A stretch of 64,000 nucleotides of DNA from Candidatus Krumholzibacteriota bacterium. GTDB taxonomy: Bacteria > Krumholzibacteriota > Krumholzibacteriia > LZORAL124-64-63. Positions within the stretch are counted from its first letter, which is position 1, and the number at the start of each line of letters is the position of its first letter. The position numbers and the translations under genes are program-made. Below the pieces are notes generated by a model. The model had not been told where the DNA came from and ran no database searches. It saw nothing but the letters and a program-made list of their open reading frames with translations. Shown here in pieces: positions 17,119 through 27,721 of this stretch. Location of the stretch: contig JBDLKA010000003.1 of assembly GCA_039714075.1 (NCBI GenBank), positions 8,789 through 72,788 of the forward strand, in the 5' to 3' direction.

Positions 17119-18297
17119 TCAGCGCCCCTGGGCCGCTTTTTTCTTTTCAGCCTCTTCGACGGCCTTCAGGCCCTCCATGCGCTCCACCTGGCGGGCGCCG
17201 TAGGGGGCGTAGCGGGCGTGCCCGCTGGCGGCACACTGCTGGAACTTGTCCCGGGCGGCGTCATATTCGCCGGTGCACTCCAGGGCCAGGCCCCAGGAGT
17301 ACATGATCGGGGCCAGGGCCTCGCGACCCTTGCCCTCGAATGCTCGGGCCGCGGAGGCGGCTTCGGTCTTGGCCAGGGAGCATTGCCCGTTTTCCACCAT
17401 GACCTGGAGCATGGCCGCGGTCGCGTTTTCATCATTGGATTTGATGGCCAGGTATTTCTTGTAGGCGTCAATGCTCGCCGAACGGTTCTTCAGCTGATCC
17501 TGGGCCCGGGCCAGGGTCAACAGCCCGCCGGTGTGATTGGGATCCTTGGCCAACATCTGGTCCAGCAGGGTGACGGCGCCCTGGTAGTCCTTCTGCTTCA
17601 TCTTCTGTTTGACCATGTCGTAGGTGGTGGACCCGCCGGCCTGCCCGCCGTACTTCTGCGCCAGTCCGGTAAAATACTGGGCGCGGTCGTTGTTACCGTT
17701 GGCCTTCTGCTGGGCAGCCGCCTTTTCCGCCGATTTGGTCAACAGCTTCAGCACCGGCTCGCTGATTTCGGGGCAGGCGTCCAGAGCGTGTTCCAGAACC
17801 TCGACGGATTGGGAATAGAACTTGGCTGCATTGTGCATGGCGCCGAGATTGTAAAGAACTCCGCAATCGTCCGGCGCCAGCTGCTGCGCCTTCATGTATT
17901 CGCCGCGCGCTTCGGTGTACATTTTCTGCTTGGCGAAGGCCTTGCCCAGATTGGCATAATCCCCGGCCTGCACGTAATCGCCCCTCAATTCGATGACCTG
18001 CTGGAAATAGGGCACCGACTCGGCAAACATGCCCTTGCCCATCATGGCGGTCCCGATTCCCCGGGTGGCGTCGACGTGCTCGGGGCAAACCTGGACAATG
18101 GACTGCAGGCGGGCGATGGCCTGGTCCCACTGGCGGTTGACCAGAAACTCCTGAGCCGATTGAAAAGCGAGATTTGCTTCCTGCATCTGTCCGGGTTGGC
18201 ATTCCGCCAGAACCGCGGGCGAGGCGAACATGCCGGCCAGGACGATGGCCAATACAATGGTTTGGAGAATTGAGCGGTTATTCCTGGTCGACAACAC
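17119..18297 (-). CDS. Secreted/periplasmic tetratricopeptide-repeat protein
   Basis: Signal peptide (IVLAIVLAGMFASPAVLA-E); multiple TPR-like units such as YANLGKAF and LYNLGAMH; GGAGG RBS. Confidence 0.85.
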   Translation of the reverse strand: MLSTRNNRSILQTIVLAIVLAGMFASPAVLAECQPGQMQEANLAFQSAQEFLVNRQWDQAIARLQSIVQVCPEHVDATRGIGTAMMGKGMFAESVPYFQQVIELRGDYVQAGDYANLGKAFAKQKMYTEARGEYMKAQQLAPDDCGVLYNLGAMHNAAKFYSQSVEVLEHALDACPEISEPVLKLLTKSAEKAAAQQKANGNNDRAQYFTGLAQKYGGQAGGSTTYDMVKQKMKQKDYQGAVTLLDQMLAKDPNHTGGLLTLARAQDQLKNRSASIDAYKKYLAIKSNDENATAAMLQVMVENGQCSLAKTEAASAARAFEGKGREALAPIMYSWGLALECTGEYDAARDKFQQCAASGHARYAPYGARQVERMEGLKAVEEAEKKKAAQGR

Positions 18298-18347
18298 GGG
18301 AGAAACCTCCGATTGGGAGCTGCGGGAAATCTGTGGCTATTCTGAAA

Positions 18348-18415
18348 CCATTCGGTAACCATTCGGCAACCATTCGGCAACGAATCGCTAACGAATCGGT
18401 AACTAGTCGGTAACC
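18348..18415. repeat. Intergenic tandem array, 6 degenerate 11-bp units (consensus CCATTCGGYAA)
   Basis: ccattcggtaa ccattcggcaa ccattcggcaa cgaatcgctaa cgaatcggtaa ctagtcggtaa cc. Confidence 0.85.
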
Positions 18416-18525
18416 GGGGGCAGGCAAAAGCCCCGAACCTGGTCCGGGACCCGACTCAAGGTAATAGCCGATCCCACTGTCTGTCAATTGCCGTCCCCGC
18501 CCGGACGGGATTCTCTTATCGCGAA

Positions 18526-19323
18526 TCACCCGGCCGGCAGGATTTTCAATCCGAGAAGGCCTTCCAGGACCCCTCCGCCCACGGCCAGGGCCTTGTCGCT
18601 GATCAGGTCCGGATCGATCTTCAGGCCCCGTGGGTCCACATCTCCAACCTTGGTTCCCGCAGAAAGTTCCGCATCCGGGTGGACAAGTCCGCGGATCCTT
18701 CCGGCCAACCCGCTGACCACCGGAATACCGGAAACATGGCCCAGGACCATGCCTTCAGCGACCATGTCACCAATTTCGAACAAAGGCGTAAAACGGCCCG
18801 CCGCAGGCGCTTTTAGAACCCTGAGGGCCGTTTGCCCGCCCACCAGGCCGGCCACGCCCGTATTGGGCGCGGCGGCCCCCTCGGAGATGACCTCTCCCAG
18901 GCGGGCTTCCCGATGGGTTTCCACGATCAGGTCGGCATCCCGGCCGCAACGGAATCCGGGGCCCAGGCCGATCAGCGGGATCCCCCGGGCCGGCAGGGGA
19001 CCAGGCGGCAGTTTGGTCATGCGGGCGTCCACGATCGCCGCCGCGCCCAAACGCTCCAACCCGGATCCGAGCGGATCCACGATCACCGACACCCGCCCCG
19101 TGGCGTAACCGCAGTCCGCGAGATCGACCAACTCCCCGCTGATGCCTTCGATCGAAATGCTACCGGAGTACACCGCCTCACTGAAAGAAACCCGGCGCCG
19201 GACGGCCAAGGGCTTGTCGGTTTCGGCGAGCACGACCCTGAACCCGGACCGCACCAGGCGGACCGCCACGCCGGAGGCGAGTTCACCGGCTCCCTGGATC
19301 CAGATGCATCCGGCGGGGCTCAC
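18526..19323 (-). CDS. yqeB: Selenium-dependent molybdenum hydroxylase system protein, YqeB/EF2563 family
   Basis: GAGELASGVAVRL, PLAVRRRVSFSEAV, IGLGPGF, PNTG, KVGDVDPRG, ISDKALAVGGGVLE. Confidence 0.92.
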   Translation of the reverse strand: MSPAGCIWIQGAGELASGVAVRLVRSGFRVVLAETDKPLAVRRRVSFSEAVYSGSISIEGISGELVDLADCGYATGRVSVIVDPLGSGLERLGAAAIVDARMTKLPPGPLPARGIPLIGLGPGFRCGRDADLIVETHREARLGEVISEGAAAPNTGVAGLVGGQTALRVLKAPAAGRFTPLFEIGDMVAEGMVLGHVSGIPVVSGLAGRIRGLVHPDAELSAGTKVGDVDPRGLKIDPDLISDKALAVGGGVLEGLLGLKILPAG

Positions 19324-20195
19324 TTTCTCCTCCGGTGCAGTCGCACGCCCAGCGGGCGGCCTTCTTCATCTTCCAACTGCGGCACTTCGCGCAGGACGGC
19401 CATGGCCTCGGCCAGAATGCTCAAGGCGATTTCTCCCGGGGTTTCCGCCCCGATATCCAGTCCGACAGGATATTGCATCCGGGCGACCCGTTCGGCGGCC
19501 CACTCCCGGTCGCCTAGTCTCTTGCGCAGAATGGCGGCCTTGGTCCGGCTGGCCAGGGCCCCCAGGAAAGCGAACTCGCGACCGGATTCGCGTTCGGCGT
19601 CCAGGACGGCCTCCAGGTAATCCCCGTCGAGTTCGTGATTGCGGCTGGCGATCAGCATGGCCCCGCGCACCGGAACTTCCAGTTGGGAAAAGAGATCCGC
19701 GGCAGCTGATTCCAGCAGACGAACACCCGACAACCCTTCCAGGCCCGAGAGCAGGCCCGGACGGTCATCGACCAGGGTGAAGCGAAAGGGAAGACTGCGT
19801 CCCAGTTCCACCACGGCCCGGCCCACATGTCCGGCCCCGATGACGACAAAACCCAGGGCGCGGGTGACGGGCTCGAGAAAGACTTCCATGTGGCCGCCGC
19901 ACACCCCCAACTCTCCGGCAAGGTTCAGGGGCAGGCAGCGGGGCCTGCCGTCCTGGAAAACCGCCTGCGCCTCTTCTATGACCCTGGCTTCGGCCGTGCC
20001 CCCGCCTATGCTGCCGAAAACCGAGCCGTCCGGCATGATGATCATCTTGCTGCCCTCGTGACGGGGCGTGGACAGGCGGGTGCGTATCACGGTGGCCAGC
20101 ACCCCGCTGTGGCCCTGCTCCACCATTTCGGTCAGGCGGCGGTAGATACCGCGCTCGTCGGCGGTCAGGCGTTGGTCGTCATTCATGAAATTCAC
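19320..20195 (-). CDS. xdhC: XdhC/CoxF-family molybdenum cofactor insertion chaperone
   Basis: STPRHEGSKM, GSIGGG..E, CGGHMEVFLEP, GAGHVG, PVGLDIGAETPGEIALSILAE. Confidence 0.92.
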   Translation of the reverse strand: MNFMNDDQRLTADERGIYRRLTEMVEQGHSGVLATVIRTRLSTPRHEGSKMIIMPDGSVFGSIGGGTAEARVIEEAQAVFQDGRPRCLPLNLAGELGVCGGHMEVFLEPVTRALGFVVIGAGHVGRAVVELGRSLPFRFTLVDDRPGLLSGLEGLSGVRLLESAAADLFSQLEVPVRGAMLIASRNHELDGDYLEAVLDAERESGREFAFLGALASRTKAAILRKRLGDREWAAERVARMQYPVGLDIGAETPGEIALSILAEAMAVLREVPQLEDEEGRPLGVRLHRRRK

Positions 20196-20850
20196 CTTTC
20201 CCGGGCCCGGGCCGGGTCGGTCCTAAATCGGCGGGCCGGTCGAAATCACGGTCGATCCCCGGATCTTCAACTTCCATTTCCACCGGTTCCGGCAGCCACC
20301 CCCGGAAAACCCCCTGGGCGATAAATTCGCGCAGCGGCCCCTGGTGGAATGATTCCCTGCGGTCCAATTCGGCCAGCACATCGTAGGGCAGGACGACAGG
20401 ATGTCCAGGAATACCATCCCGGACGGGACGAAGGATCCGGGTGGGATGTTGGCGCGAGTTTTCCCATAGCAGATCAATGGTCCCGGCGGTGACCAGGGGC
20501 AGGTCGACAGGGTGGGCCCAGAAATGGGAACAGGGAGTCCGCGTTCGGCGGCAGGACCTCCAGGCCATCAACATGGTCAGGGCCGTGTCGCCTCCCGGAG
20601 GCGAAGGCAAAACCCGACATTCCTCCTGCAAGGGAAGTTCCTTTTCATGGGCGACGCTGAGTTCGGCCAGGACCGGCACATCGACGGGAATCTTTTCCTT
20701 GAGATAGAGATCGGCAATGATCCGCACGAAAGCCGGGCCCGCGGAGGAAAACCGCAACAACCCCTTGGGCCCGCCCATGCGAACCCCCAGACCTCGTGCC
20801 ATGATGACCGCGCGGTCGGACCGGGGCGTACTCCTGCCGGCGGCTGTCAC
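20179..20850 (-). CDS. MocA/YgfJ-like molybdopterin nucleotidyltransferase (divergent)
   Basis: VIMARGLGVRMGGPKGLL, HPVDLP, GHPVVL, DFDRPAD; located between yqeC and xdhC. Confidence 0.75.
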   Translation of the reverse strand: MTAAGRSTPRSDRAVIMARGLGVRMGGPKGLLRFSSAGPAFVRIIADLYLKEKIPVDVPVLAELSVAHEKELPLQEECRVLPSPPGGDTALTMLMAWRSCRRTRTPCSHFWAHPVDLPLVTAGTIDLLWENSRQHPTRILRPVRDGIPGHPVVLPYDVLAELDRRESFHQGPLREFIAQGVFRGWLPEPVEMEVEDPGIDRDFDRPADLGPTRPGPGKGEFHE

Positions 20851-21626
20851 GACTGGCCGTCCTCCTTGGCATAGGCGGTCCGGATGACCGGTTGGTCCTG
20901 CGCGAGATCACAGAACATGACCAGGGGCAGCCGCTCATGCCCCATGGCCTTGCCGACAAATTCGAACAGGCCGATGCTGTCGGGCTGCTCGTCCATGCCT
21001 GTCAAGGCCAGCACGCACGGGATGTCGGCCGGGACCCGGGACAGGTATCCCTCAGGTTCGAGCAGCAGGGCCAGGCTGTGATCCCATTCCCAGACCGTCC
21101 ACGGCTGGAGATCATCCAGGGCCGGCCCTTCCAGACGGCCGAACCGGTGTAGGACGTCTGCGGTCTTCGCACCGACGGCGGCCGTCCCCATCACGACTAT
21201 TCCCAGGGAAGTCCGGCCGGGCCAGACCGGTTCTCCATCGCGGTGAAGCTTCAAGGGAAGTTTGGCCGCCCCGTCCACCTCGGCCAGAACGAGTCGGTCC
21301 GGCAGGGATCCGCCCAACCCGTCCACCTCAGCGGGCGACAGTCCGGCCCATTTCCCGTCAGGTAAAAGGCCGCCGTGAAGAAAAAATGCCTCCGGAAGAT
21401 CGGCCCCGTCCAGGGAAGCCAACGTCGACAATTCCACGGCCTCCAGACCGGGCAAAGGCTCACTCCTGGTGGTTGTCGTCAGAACGACAGGCACGGAAAT
21501 ACCCACGTAGAAATCCGCCAGGACACGCATGAGGGAGGTTTTGCCTCCGGAGCCCATCAGGGCGACGACATGCCCCGCTTCACGGGGAAGAAACTGATGC
21601 CAGGGATCCACGAAACCGAAGTTCAA
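20847..21626 (-). CDS. yqeC: YqeC selenium-dependent hydroxylase accessory protein
   Basis: VALMGSGGKTSL, VLTTTTR, LAEVDGAAKLPLK....EPV.P. Confidence 0.88.
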   Translation of the reverse strand: MNFGFVDPWHQFLPREAGHVVALMGSGGKTSLMRVLADFYVGISVPVVLTTTTRSEPLPGLEAVELSTLASLDGADLPEAFFLHGGLLPDGKWAGLSPAEVDGLGGSLPDRLVLAEVDGAAKLPLKLHRDGEPVWPGRTSLGIVVMGTAAVGAKTADVLHRFGRLEGPALDDLQPWTVWEWDHSLALLLEPEGYLSRVPADIPCVLALTGMDEQPDSIGLFEFVGKAMGHERLPLVMFCDLAQDQPVIRTAYAKEDGQS

Positions 21627-22768
21627 GAGGTGCCTTTCCCGTTGGCTGTCACCAGTGTTTCGTACCAGTCGAGCAACCTGTCGATCATCAGGTCGCGGGT
21701 GAATTTTTCCTGGAAGCGCAGTCGGCCGGCCGCTCCCATTTCACGGGCTCTTTCCCTGTTCTCCAGGAGACCGCCCAGGGCCCGACCCAGGGCCTGGGAA
21801 TCATTCGGCGGCACCAGCAGGCAGGTGCGGCCTGGCTCACCTACCTCCCGGACGCCGGTGGGAAGATCCGAAGCCACCACGGGTACGCCCGCGGCCATGG
21901 CTTCCAGTTGCACCAACCCGAAGGTTTCGCTGGCGTCAACGCTGGGCAGGACCAGGGCGCGGGCCCGCGCCAGGTATTCCGCGACCTCGGCGGCATCCTT
22001 GGGCCCGACAAAGTGAACCCTGCGGTCCAGCCCGGACCTGGCCACCGTTGCCTCCAGCGGAACCTGCAAAGGTCCTTCGCCGACAATGACCAGTTCAGCG
22101 CCGGGAAGATGGGACAATGCTTCCAGCAAAACTTCGAGGCCCTTGTAGGGCACCAGCCGCCCCACGAAGAGGAAGGGACCGTCGAGAGCCGGTTCCACCG
22201 CCAGCCAAGGAGCCGACTCGATACCGAAGGGAATGACGCCGACTTTATCCTGCCAGGGCGCCAGCACCGGAGAGTTCGCGCCCAGTGTCGCCGAAGAAAC
22301 CGATATCCCCGCCGCCTGTTTCAGGCAGGCATTGACGAGGGGCCGGACCAGGTAACGACCCACCCTTTGCCGGGTGATGTCGGCGTGGTACCACACCGCC
22401 AGCGGTGGCAGATCGCAGGAGCGATCGGCGCCCAGCGCCAACCAGGACGCCGCGGCCAAAGGGTTGGGCAGATGCAGGTGGACCAGGTGCGGATCCAACC
22501 GCGCGATTTCCCGCCGGATCAGCCCCGGCAGGGTGGGCGTCAGGGGCTGGGAATTGAAGTGTCCGTAAACCGAGGCCCTCACCAGACGTCCGCCCCGGCC
22601 CGTGGCTGAACCACCCACCTCTTCGATGACCTCCACGGGTCCGTCCCCGGCGCTCAGGACGGTCACCCGGCAGTCCCGGTCCAACAGCCCTTCGGTCAGA
22701 TTCCGCAGAACGGTTTCCATCCCGCCCAGGTAGGGCGGATAGTATTTCCCGATGTGGAGAATTCTCAT
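21623..22768 (-). CDS. GT4-family glycosyltransferase
   Basis: MRILHIGKYYPP..GGME, HLHLPNP, FVGRLVPYKG, ETFGLVQLEAMAAGVPVV. Confidence 0.92.
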   Translation of the reverse strand: MRILHIGKYYPPYLGGMETVLRNLTEGLLDRDCRVTVLSAGDGPVEVIEEVGGSATGRGGRLVRASVYGHFNSQPLTPTLPGLIRREIARLDPHLVHLHLPNPLAAASWLALGADRSCDLPPLAVWYHADITRQRVGRYLVRPLVNACLKQAAGISVSSATLGANSPVLAPWQDKVGVIPFGIESAPWLAVEPALDGPFLFVGRLVPYKGLEVLLEALSHLPGAELVIVGEGPLQVPLEATVARSGLDRRVHFVGPKDAAEVAEYLARARALVLPSVDASETFGLVQLEAMAAGVPVVASDLPTGVREVGEPGRTCLLVPPNDSQALGRALGGLLENRERAREMGAAGRLRFQEKFTRDLMIDRLLDWYETLVTANGKGTS

Positions 22769-22933
22769 GGGCGAAGTCTAGGGCATGGCACTGCGGCGGT
22801 CAAAGTTCCTTCCGCAGGCGGGTCTTGTTGAACATCACATTTCTATTTAACCTGATAGTGACAGGCGACCGTCTCCGTACCGGCCTGAATGGCTGCAAAT
22901 CCGGTCGCCGGGAGGATGCGAAAGGGGATCCTC

Positions 22934-23653
22934 ATGCGGCAGAACATCACTGAAATGCTGATCCAGCGCCAGATCAACCACTGGAACCGGTTCCGTGAAT
23001 TCCTCAAGGACGAGCAGGACGAGGAACCACCCAGGCCGGGCCCGGTCCTGACCGTATCGAGGATGGCCGGCAGCGGCGGGCGCACCCTGGCGGTCGGCCT
23101 GGCGGAACGTCTGAACCTCACCCTGCAGGACCAATCCCTGGTGGACCGCATCGCCCGCGACCGCAACCTGGAAAGATCGGTGGTCGCCCAGCTGGACGAA
23201 GGCGCCATCAACCAGGCGGAACTCTGGATCAAGGGCGTTCTGAATCGGCGGATCTTCATGAAGGACGAATACCACACGTCCCTGGTCAAGATCGTGACCA
23301 ACCTCGCGGCGGGCGGCGACGTGGTGTTCCTGGGCCGGGGCGCCCACCTGATCCTGGGCGACAAGGCGGCCTTGCGCATCCGGGTGGTCGCCTCCCGGGG
23401 AACGCGCCTGGCCAACATCATGAACCGGGCGGGGCTGAGCCGGCCGGAGGCCCGCGCCCTCCTGGATGAAACCGACCGCAAACGCGAGGATTTCATCCGC
23501 AAGGTTTTCAAGGTGGATCCGGACGATCCGAAAAATTTCGACCTCGTCCTCAATGCCGACCGCATCGGGCCCGAGTGCATGCTGGAAACGGTGAGCCTGG
23601 CCCTGATCGGCGCCCGCACCGGCGACCGGGCCGAAATGCCCAGCCGGGTCTAG
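22934..23653 (+). CDS. Cytidylate kinase-like family protein (Cytidylate_kin2)
   Basis: VLTVSRMAGSGG..LA..LAERL, VVFLGRGAHLIL, TDRKR..F, FDLVLN. Confidence 0.88.
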   Translation: MRQNITEMLIQRQINHWNRFREFLKDEQDEEPPRPGPVLTVSRMAGSGGRTLAVGLAERLNLTLQDQSLVDRIARDRNLERSVVAQLDEGAINQAELWIKGVLNRRIFMKDEYHTSLVKIVTNLAAGGDVVFLGRGAHLILGDKAALRIRVVASRGTRLANIMNRAGLSRPEARALLDETDRKREDFIRKVFKVDPDDPKNFDLVLNADRIGPECMLETVSLALIGARTGDRAEMPSRV

Positions 23654-23673
23654 AGCGAAAGCGGCCGCCCATG

Positions 23674-23713
23674 AAAAACCCCTCCGGTCCCTGGGGACCG
23701 GAGGGGTCGTTTT
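23674..23713. terminator. Bidirectional intrinsic terminator (groEL / cytidylate kinase-like gene)
   Basis: Stem ACCCCTCCGGTCCC/GGGACCGGAGGGGT flanked by AAAA and TTTT. Confidence 0.8.
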
Positions 23714-23757
23714 ACCGGCGCGGATGGGAGCCGGGTCGGAACAGCAGCCTTTGACGG

Positions 23758-25458
<1,701 letters not shown>

Positions 25459-25482
25459 TCATGAATTCTTCGTTTACGCCAT

Positions 25483-25530
25483 CGGGACTTGGTCCGGGAT
25501 TTGGTCCGGGACTTGGCCCGGGACTTAGCC
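25483..25530. repeat. Four tandem 12-bp units (CGGGAYTTRGYC) at the groES 3' end
   Basis: cgggacttggtc cgggatttggtc cgggacttggcc cgggacttagcc; the last unit contains the groES stop codon. Confidence 0.85.
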
Positions 25531-25815
25531 CAGGATGGCCAGCACGTCGCTCTCGCGCAGGATCAGGTAGTCCTCGCCGCTCACGTTCACTTCGGTGCCG
25601 GAATACTTTCCGTACAGAACGATGTCGCCCTTCTTCACCTCGGGGGCGACCCTCTCACCGCTGTCACTGGTGGAACCGGGGCCGACGGCCATGATTTTGC
25701 CCTGCTGGGGCTTTTCCTTGGCGGTATCGGGGATGATGATCCCGCCCTTCATGGTTTCCTGCTCCATGGGAGCCACGATGACACGGTCAGCCAGGGGCTT
25801 GATATTGAGAGCCAT
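25525..25815 (-). CDS. groES: Co-chaperonin GroES
   Basis: [35 protein letters not shown]; GGAGG RBS before ATG 25815. Confidence 0.99.
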   Translation of the reverse strand: MALNIKPLADRVIVAPMEQETMKGGIIIPDTAKEKPQQGKIMAVGPGSTSDSGERVAPEVKKGDIVLYGKYSGTEVNVSGEDYLILRESDVLAILG

Positions 25816-25873
25816 CCTTAATCCTCCATTCAAGCTGGTTGAGCCAGCGTTCTATGTTGCGGCCGAAAGCGCA

Positions 25874-25900
25874 TTGGCAGTCTCGGCCTTTGAGTGCTAA
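25874..25900 (-). promoter_or_regulatory. CIRCE operator (HrcA-binding site)
   Basis: Minus strand TTAGCACTC-N9-GACTGCCAA versus consensus TTAGCACTC-N9-GAGTGCTAA (2 mismatches), upstream of groES. Confidence 0.9.
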
Positions 25901-25909
25901 TGGATGCGG

Positions 25910-25937
25910 AATATAGACCATCCACAAGGACCCGCAA
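25910..25937 (-). promoter_or_regulatory. Putative sigma70 promoter of groESL
   Basis: Minus strand TTGCGG-16 nt-TATATT immediately upstream of CIRCE. Confidence 0.5.
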
Positions 25938-26004
25938 GGATTTTAGGAGTAAAACGTGGAGAAAATGAATTAGCCTGGCAGGCCTGCCATTTTGACAGAA
26001 AAGA

Positions 26005-26781
26005 TTATCCGGCTGACAGAATCGCCCCGCCGCGGAGAGTCCAGTGGGCATCGAAATAGCTGCCGGGAATATCAAGATAAGACCCCAGGCCGCCCGTCAC
26101 GACCACCGGGATTTCCCCGTAACGCCCTTTCAAACCGGAGACAACCACCTGCACGCCGCCGCGGCCCGCGTGCCAGGCTCCTGCGCCCATGGCGGACTCC
26201 GTGTCCCGGCCGACATCCCAGGTTGCGGGACCGAAAGGCACGGGATCCAGCCGGGCGGCGACCTCCCCGATCTGCCGGGCGGCGAAGGCCATGCCCGGGG
26301 CGATCATTCCACCGACAAAAACGCCGTCCAACAGGATATCGAAAGTCGTGGCCGTACCGGCATCCACGACCAGGGCGTCGGCAAGGCCGGCGGACACGGC
26401 GGCGGCCATGTTGCACAGGCGATCCGGCCCCACCCGGGAGATATCGGCGACATCATGGGTAAACGGCAGAACGCTGTTATGATCCACCACCACCAGACCC
26501 GCCTGATCCGCCAGCAATTCCACGATCCGCGGGATGACGGAGATCAGGACCACCCGGGGAGCTCCTGCCTTGCGGTGCCGTTCCTGGAACGACTCCAGAA
26601 AGGCCGCCTCGCCCCCGGGAGCGGACGGGTGGCTGAGATCGCCCAGTTCCCGCAGCGGGACCGGTGGCGCCAGTTCGGTTCCATCGCCGGCGGACAAAAC
26701 GGGCAGTTGCCCGTCACCATCCCAGGCCACGCAGGCAATCCGGCTGTTTCCGGCATCAACTATCAGGGATTTCATCGCCAT
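26005..26781 (-). CDS. coaX: Type III pantothenate kinase
   Basis: LIVDAGNS, VGPDR, VVDAGTATTFD, GGMIAPG, VVVTGG, TLRG. Confidence 0.92.
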   Translation of the reverse strand: MAMKSLIVDAGNSRIACVAWDGDGQLPVLSAGDGTELAPPVPLRELGDLSHPSAPGGEAAFLESFQERHRKAGAPRVVLISVIPRIVELLADQAGLVVVDHNSVLPFTHDVADISRVGPDRLCNMAAAVSAGLADALVVDAGTATTFDILLDGVFVGGMIAPGMAFAARQIGEVAARLDPVPFGPATWDVGRDTESAMGAGAWHAGRGGVQVVVSGLKGRYGEIPVVVTGGLGSYLDIPGSYFDAHWTLRGGAILSAG

Positions 26782-27721
26782 TCCCGTCTTCCGCGGCCAC
26801 ATTCTCTCCCGCGGAATGCTCCCCTTTGTCCAGGACGGCCTCCAGGTGAACGTCTCCCGCACTGAAGATCGCGGTCCGCCCCTGGTCGTCCTCCAGCAGC
26901 AGGGCACCATGGTCATCGATGCCGGCGGCCCGGCCCCAGTGGTCCCGCCCCCCGGAAACGAGATGGATCTGTTGACCCAGCAGACAGTCCAGGTAGGAAA
27001 GGGCGGGACGGTATTTCGACCAGCCGCTTTCCTGGAACGAGTCCAGCTCGTGCTCCACCCTGGAGATGATCCGCCCCCCCACTTCGCCGGGCCGCAACAG
27101 GTGATCCGTTTCGATCAGGGTGCTGGTGGCCGCCCCCTGCAGGTCGGAAGGGAAACCGCTGCGCGGCGTGCTCAGGTTCAGACCCAGGCCCGCAACCACC
27201 ATTTTCTCTTGGCCGGAGCGGGTGTTTTCCAAAAGGATTCCTCCCAGCTTTCGCCCCCCTACCATGATGTCGTTGGGCCATTTCAAGCGGGCGTCAACCA
27301 GGAAGTCCTCGCGCAGGACCAGAACCGACAGCAGCCCCAACCAGACCGAAAAGCCCTGGACGAACGAGGCCCGGTGGGGCGGCACAACCACCGACAGGTG
27401 CAGACCGCCGCAATCCACCCAGGTGCGTCCCTGCCGTCCCTTGCCGGCGAATTGTCGCCGGGCCACCACGACGGTCCCGGGTTTGGGATCGGCGACAGGG
27501 TCCAGCAATGTCCGCTGCTGGGCCTGCCAACCCCATCGTTCCCACCGGCAAACCCGGCCCTGGGCAGGATCGCCGCGACCCCGCAGGAATTCGCTGGTGC
27601 TGCCCACTTCATCCAGGAGATACAGCACACCGCTGTCGCGGAGAAACCGCGGCCCCACCTGGAAGGCATCCAGCCCGAACCAGTCCCTGGCCACCGGCTT
27701 GTTACGGAACAGGCGTTTCAT
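26756..27721 (-). CDS. birA: Biotin--[acetyl-CoA-carboxylase] ligase
   Basis: EVGSTS, ARRQFAGKGRQGRTW, LKWPNDI, KLGGILLE, GLGLNL, GIDDHGALL; no clear N-terminal HTH. Confidence 0.92.
   Translation of the reverse strand: MKRLFRNKPVARDWFGLDAFQVGPRFLRDSGVLYLLDEVGSTSEFLRGRGDPAQGRVCRWERWGWQAQQRTLLDPVADPKPGTVVVARRQFAGKGRQGRTWVDCGGLHLSVVVPPHRASFVQGFSVWLGLLSVLVLREDFLVDARLKWPNDIMVGGRKLGGILLENTRSGQEKMVVAGLGLNLSTPRSGFPSDLQGAATSTLIETDHLLRPGEVGGRIISRVEHELDSFQESGWSKYRPALSYLDCLLGQQIHLVSGGRDHWGRAAGIDDHGALLLEDDQGRTAIFSAGDVHLEAVLDKGEHSAGENVAAEDGNGDEIPDS

Noticed and set aside
16970-18415. Short repeat arrays as CRISPR
   Set aside because: Units are 11-13 bp, contiguous and without unique spacers; no cas genes in the window.
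18526-21626. Selenocysteine recoding near the yqeB/yqeC cassette or in the thioredoxin motifs
   Set aside because: The ORFs are complete without in-frame TGA, and the TlpA and DsbD active sites use ordinary Cys codons.
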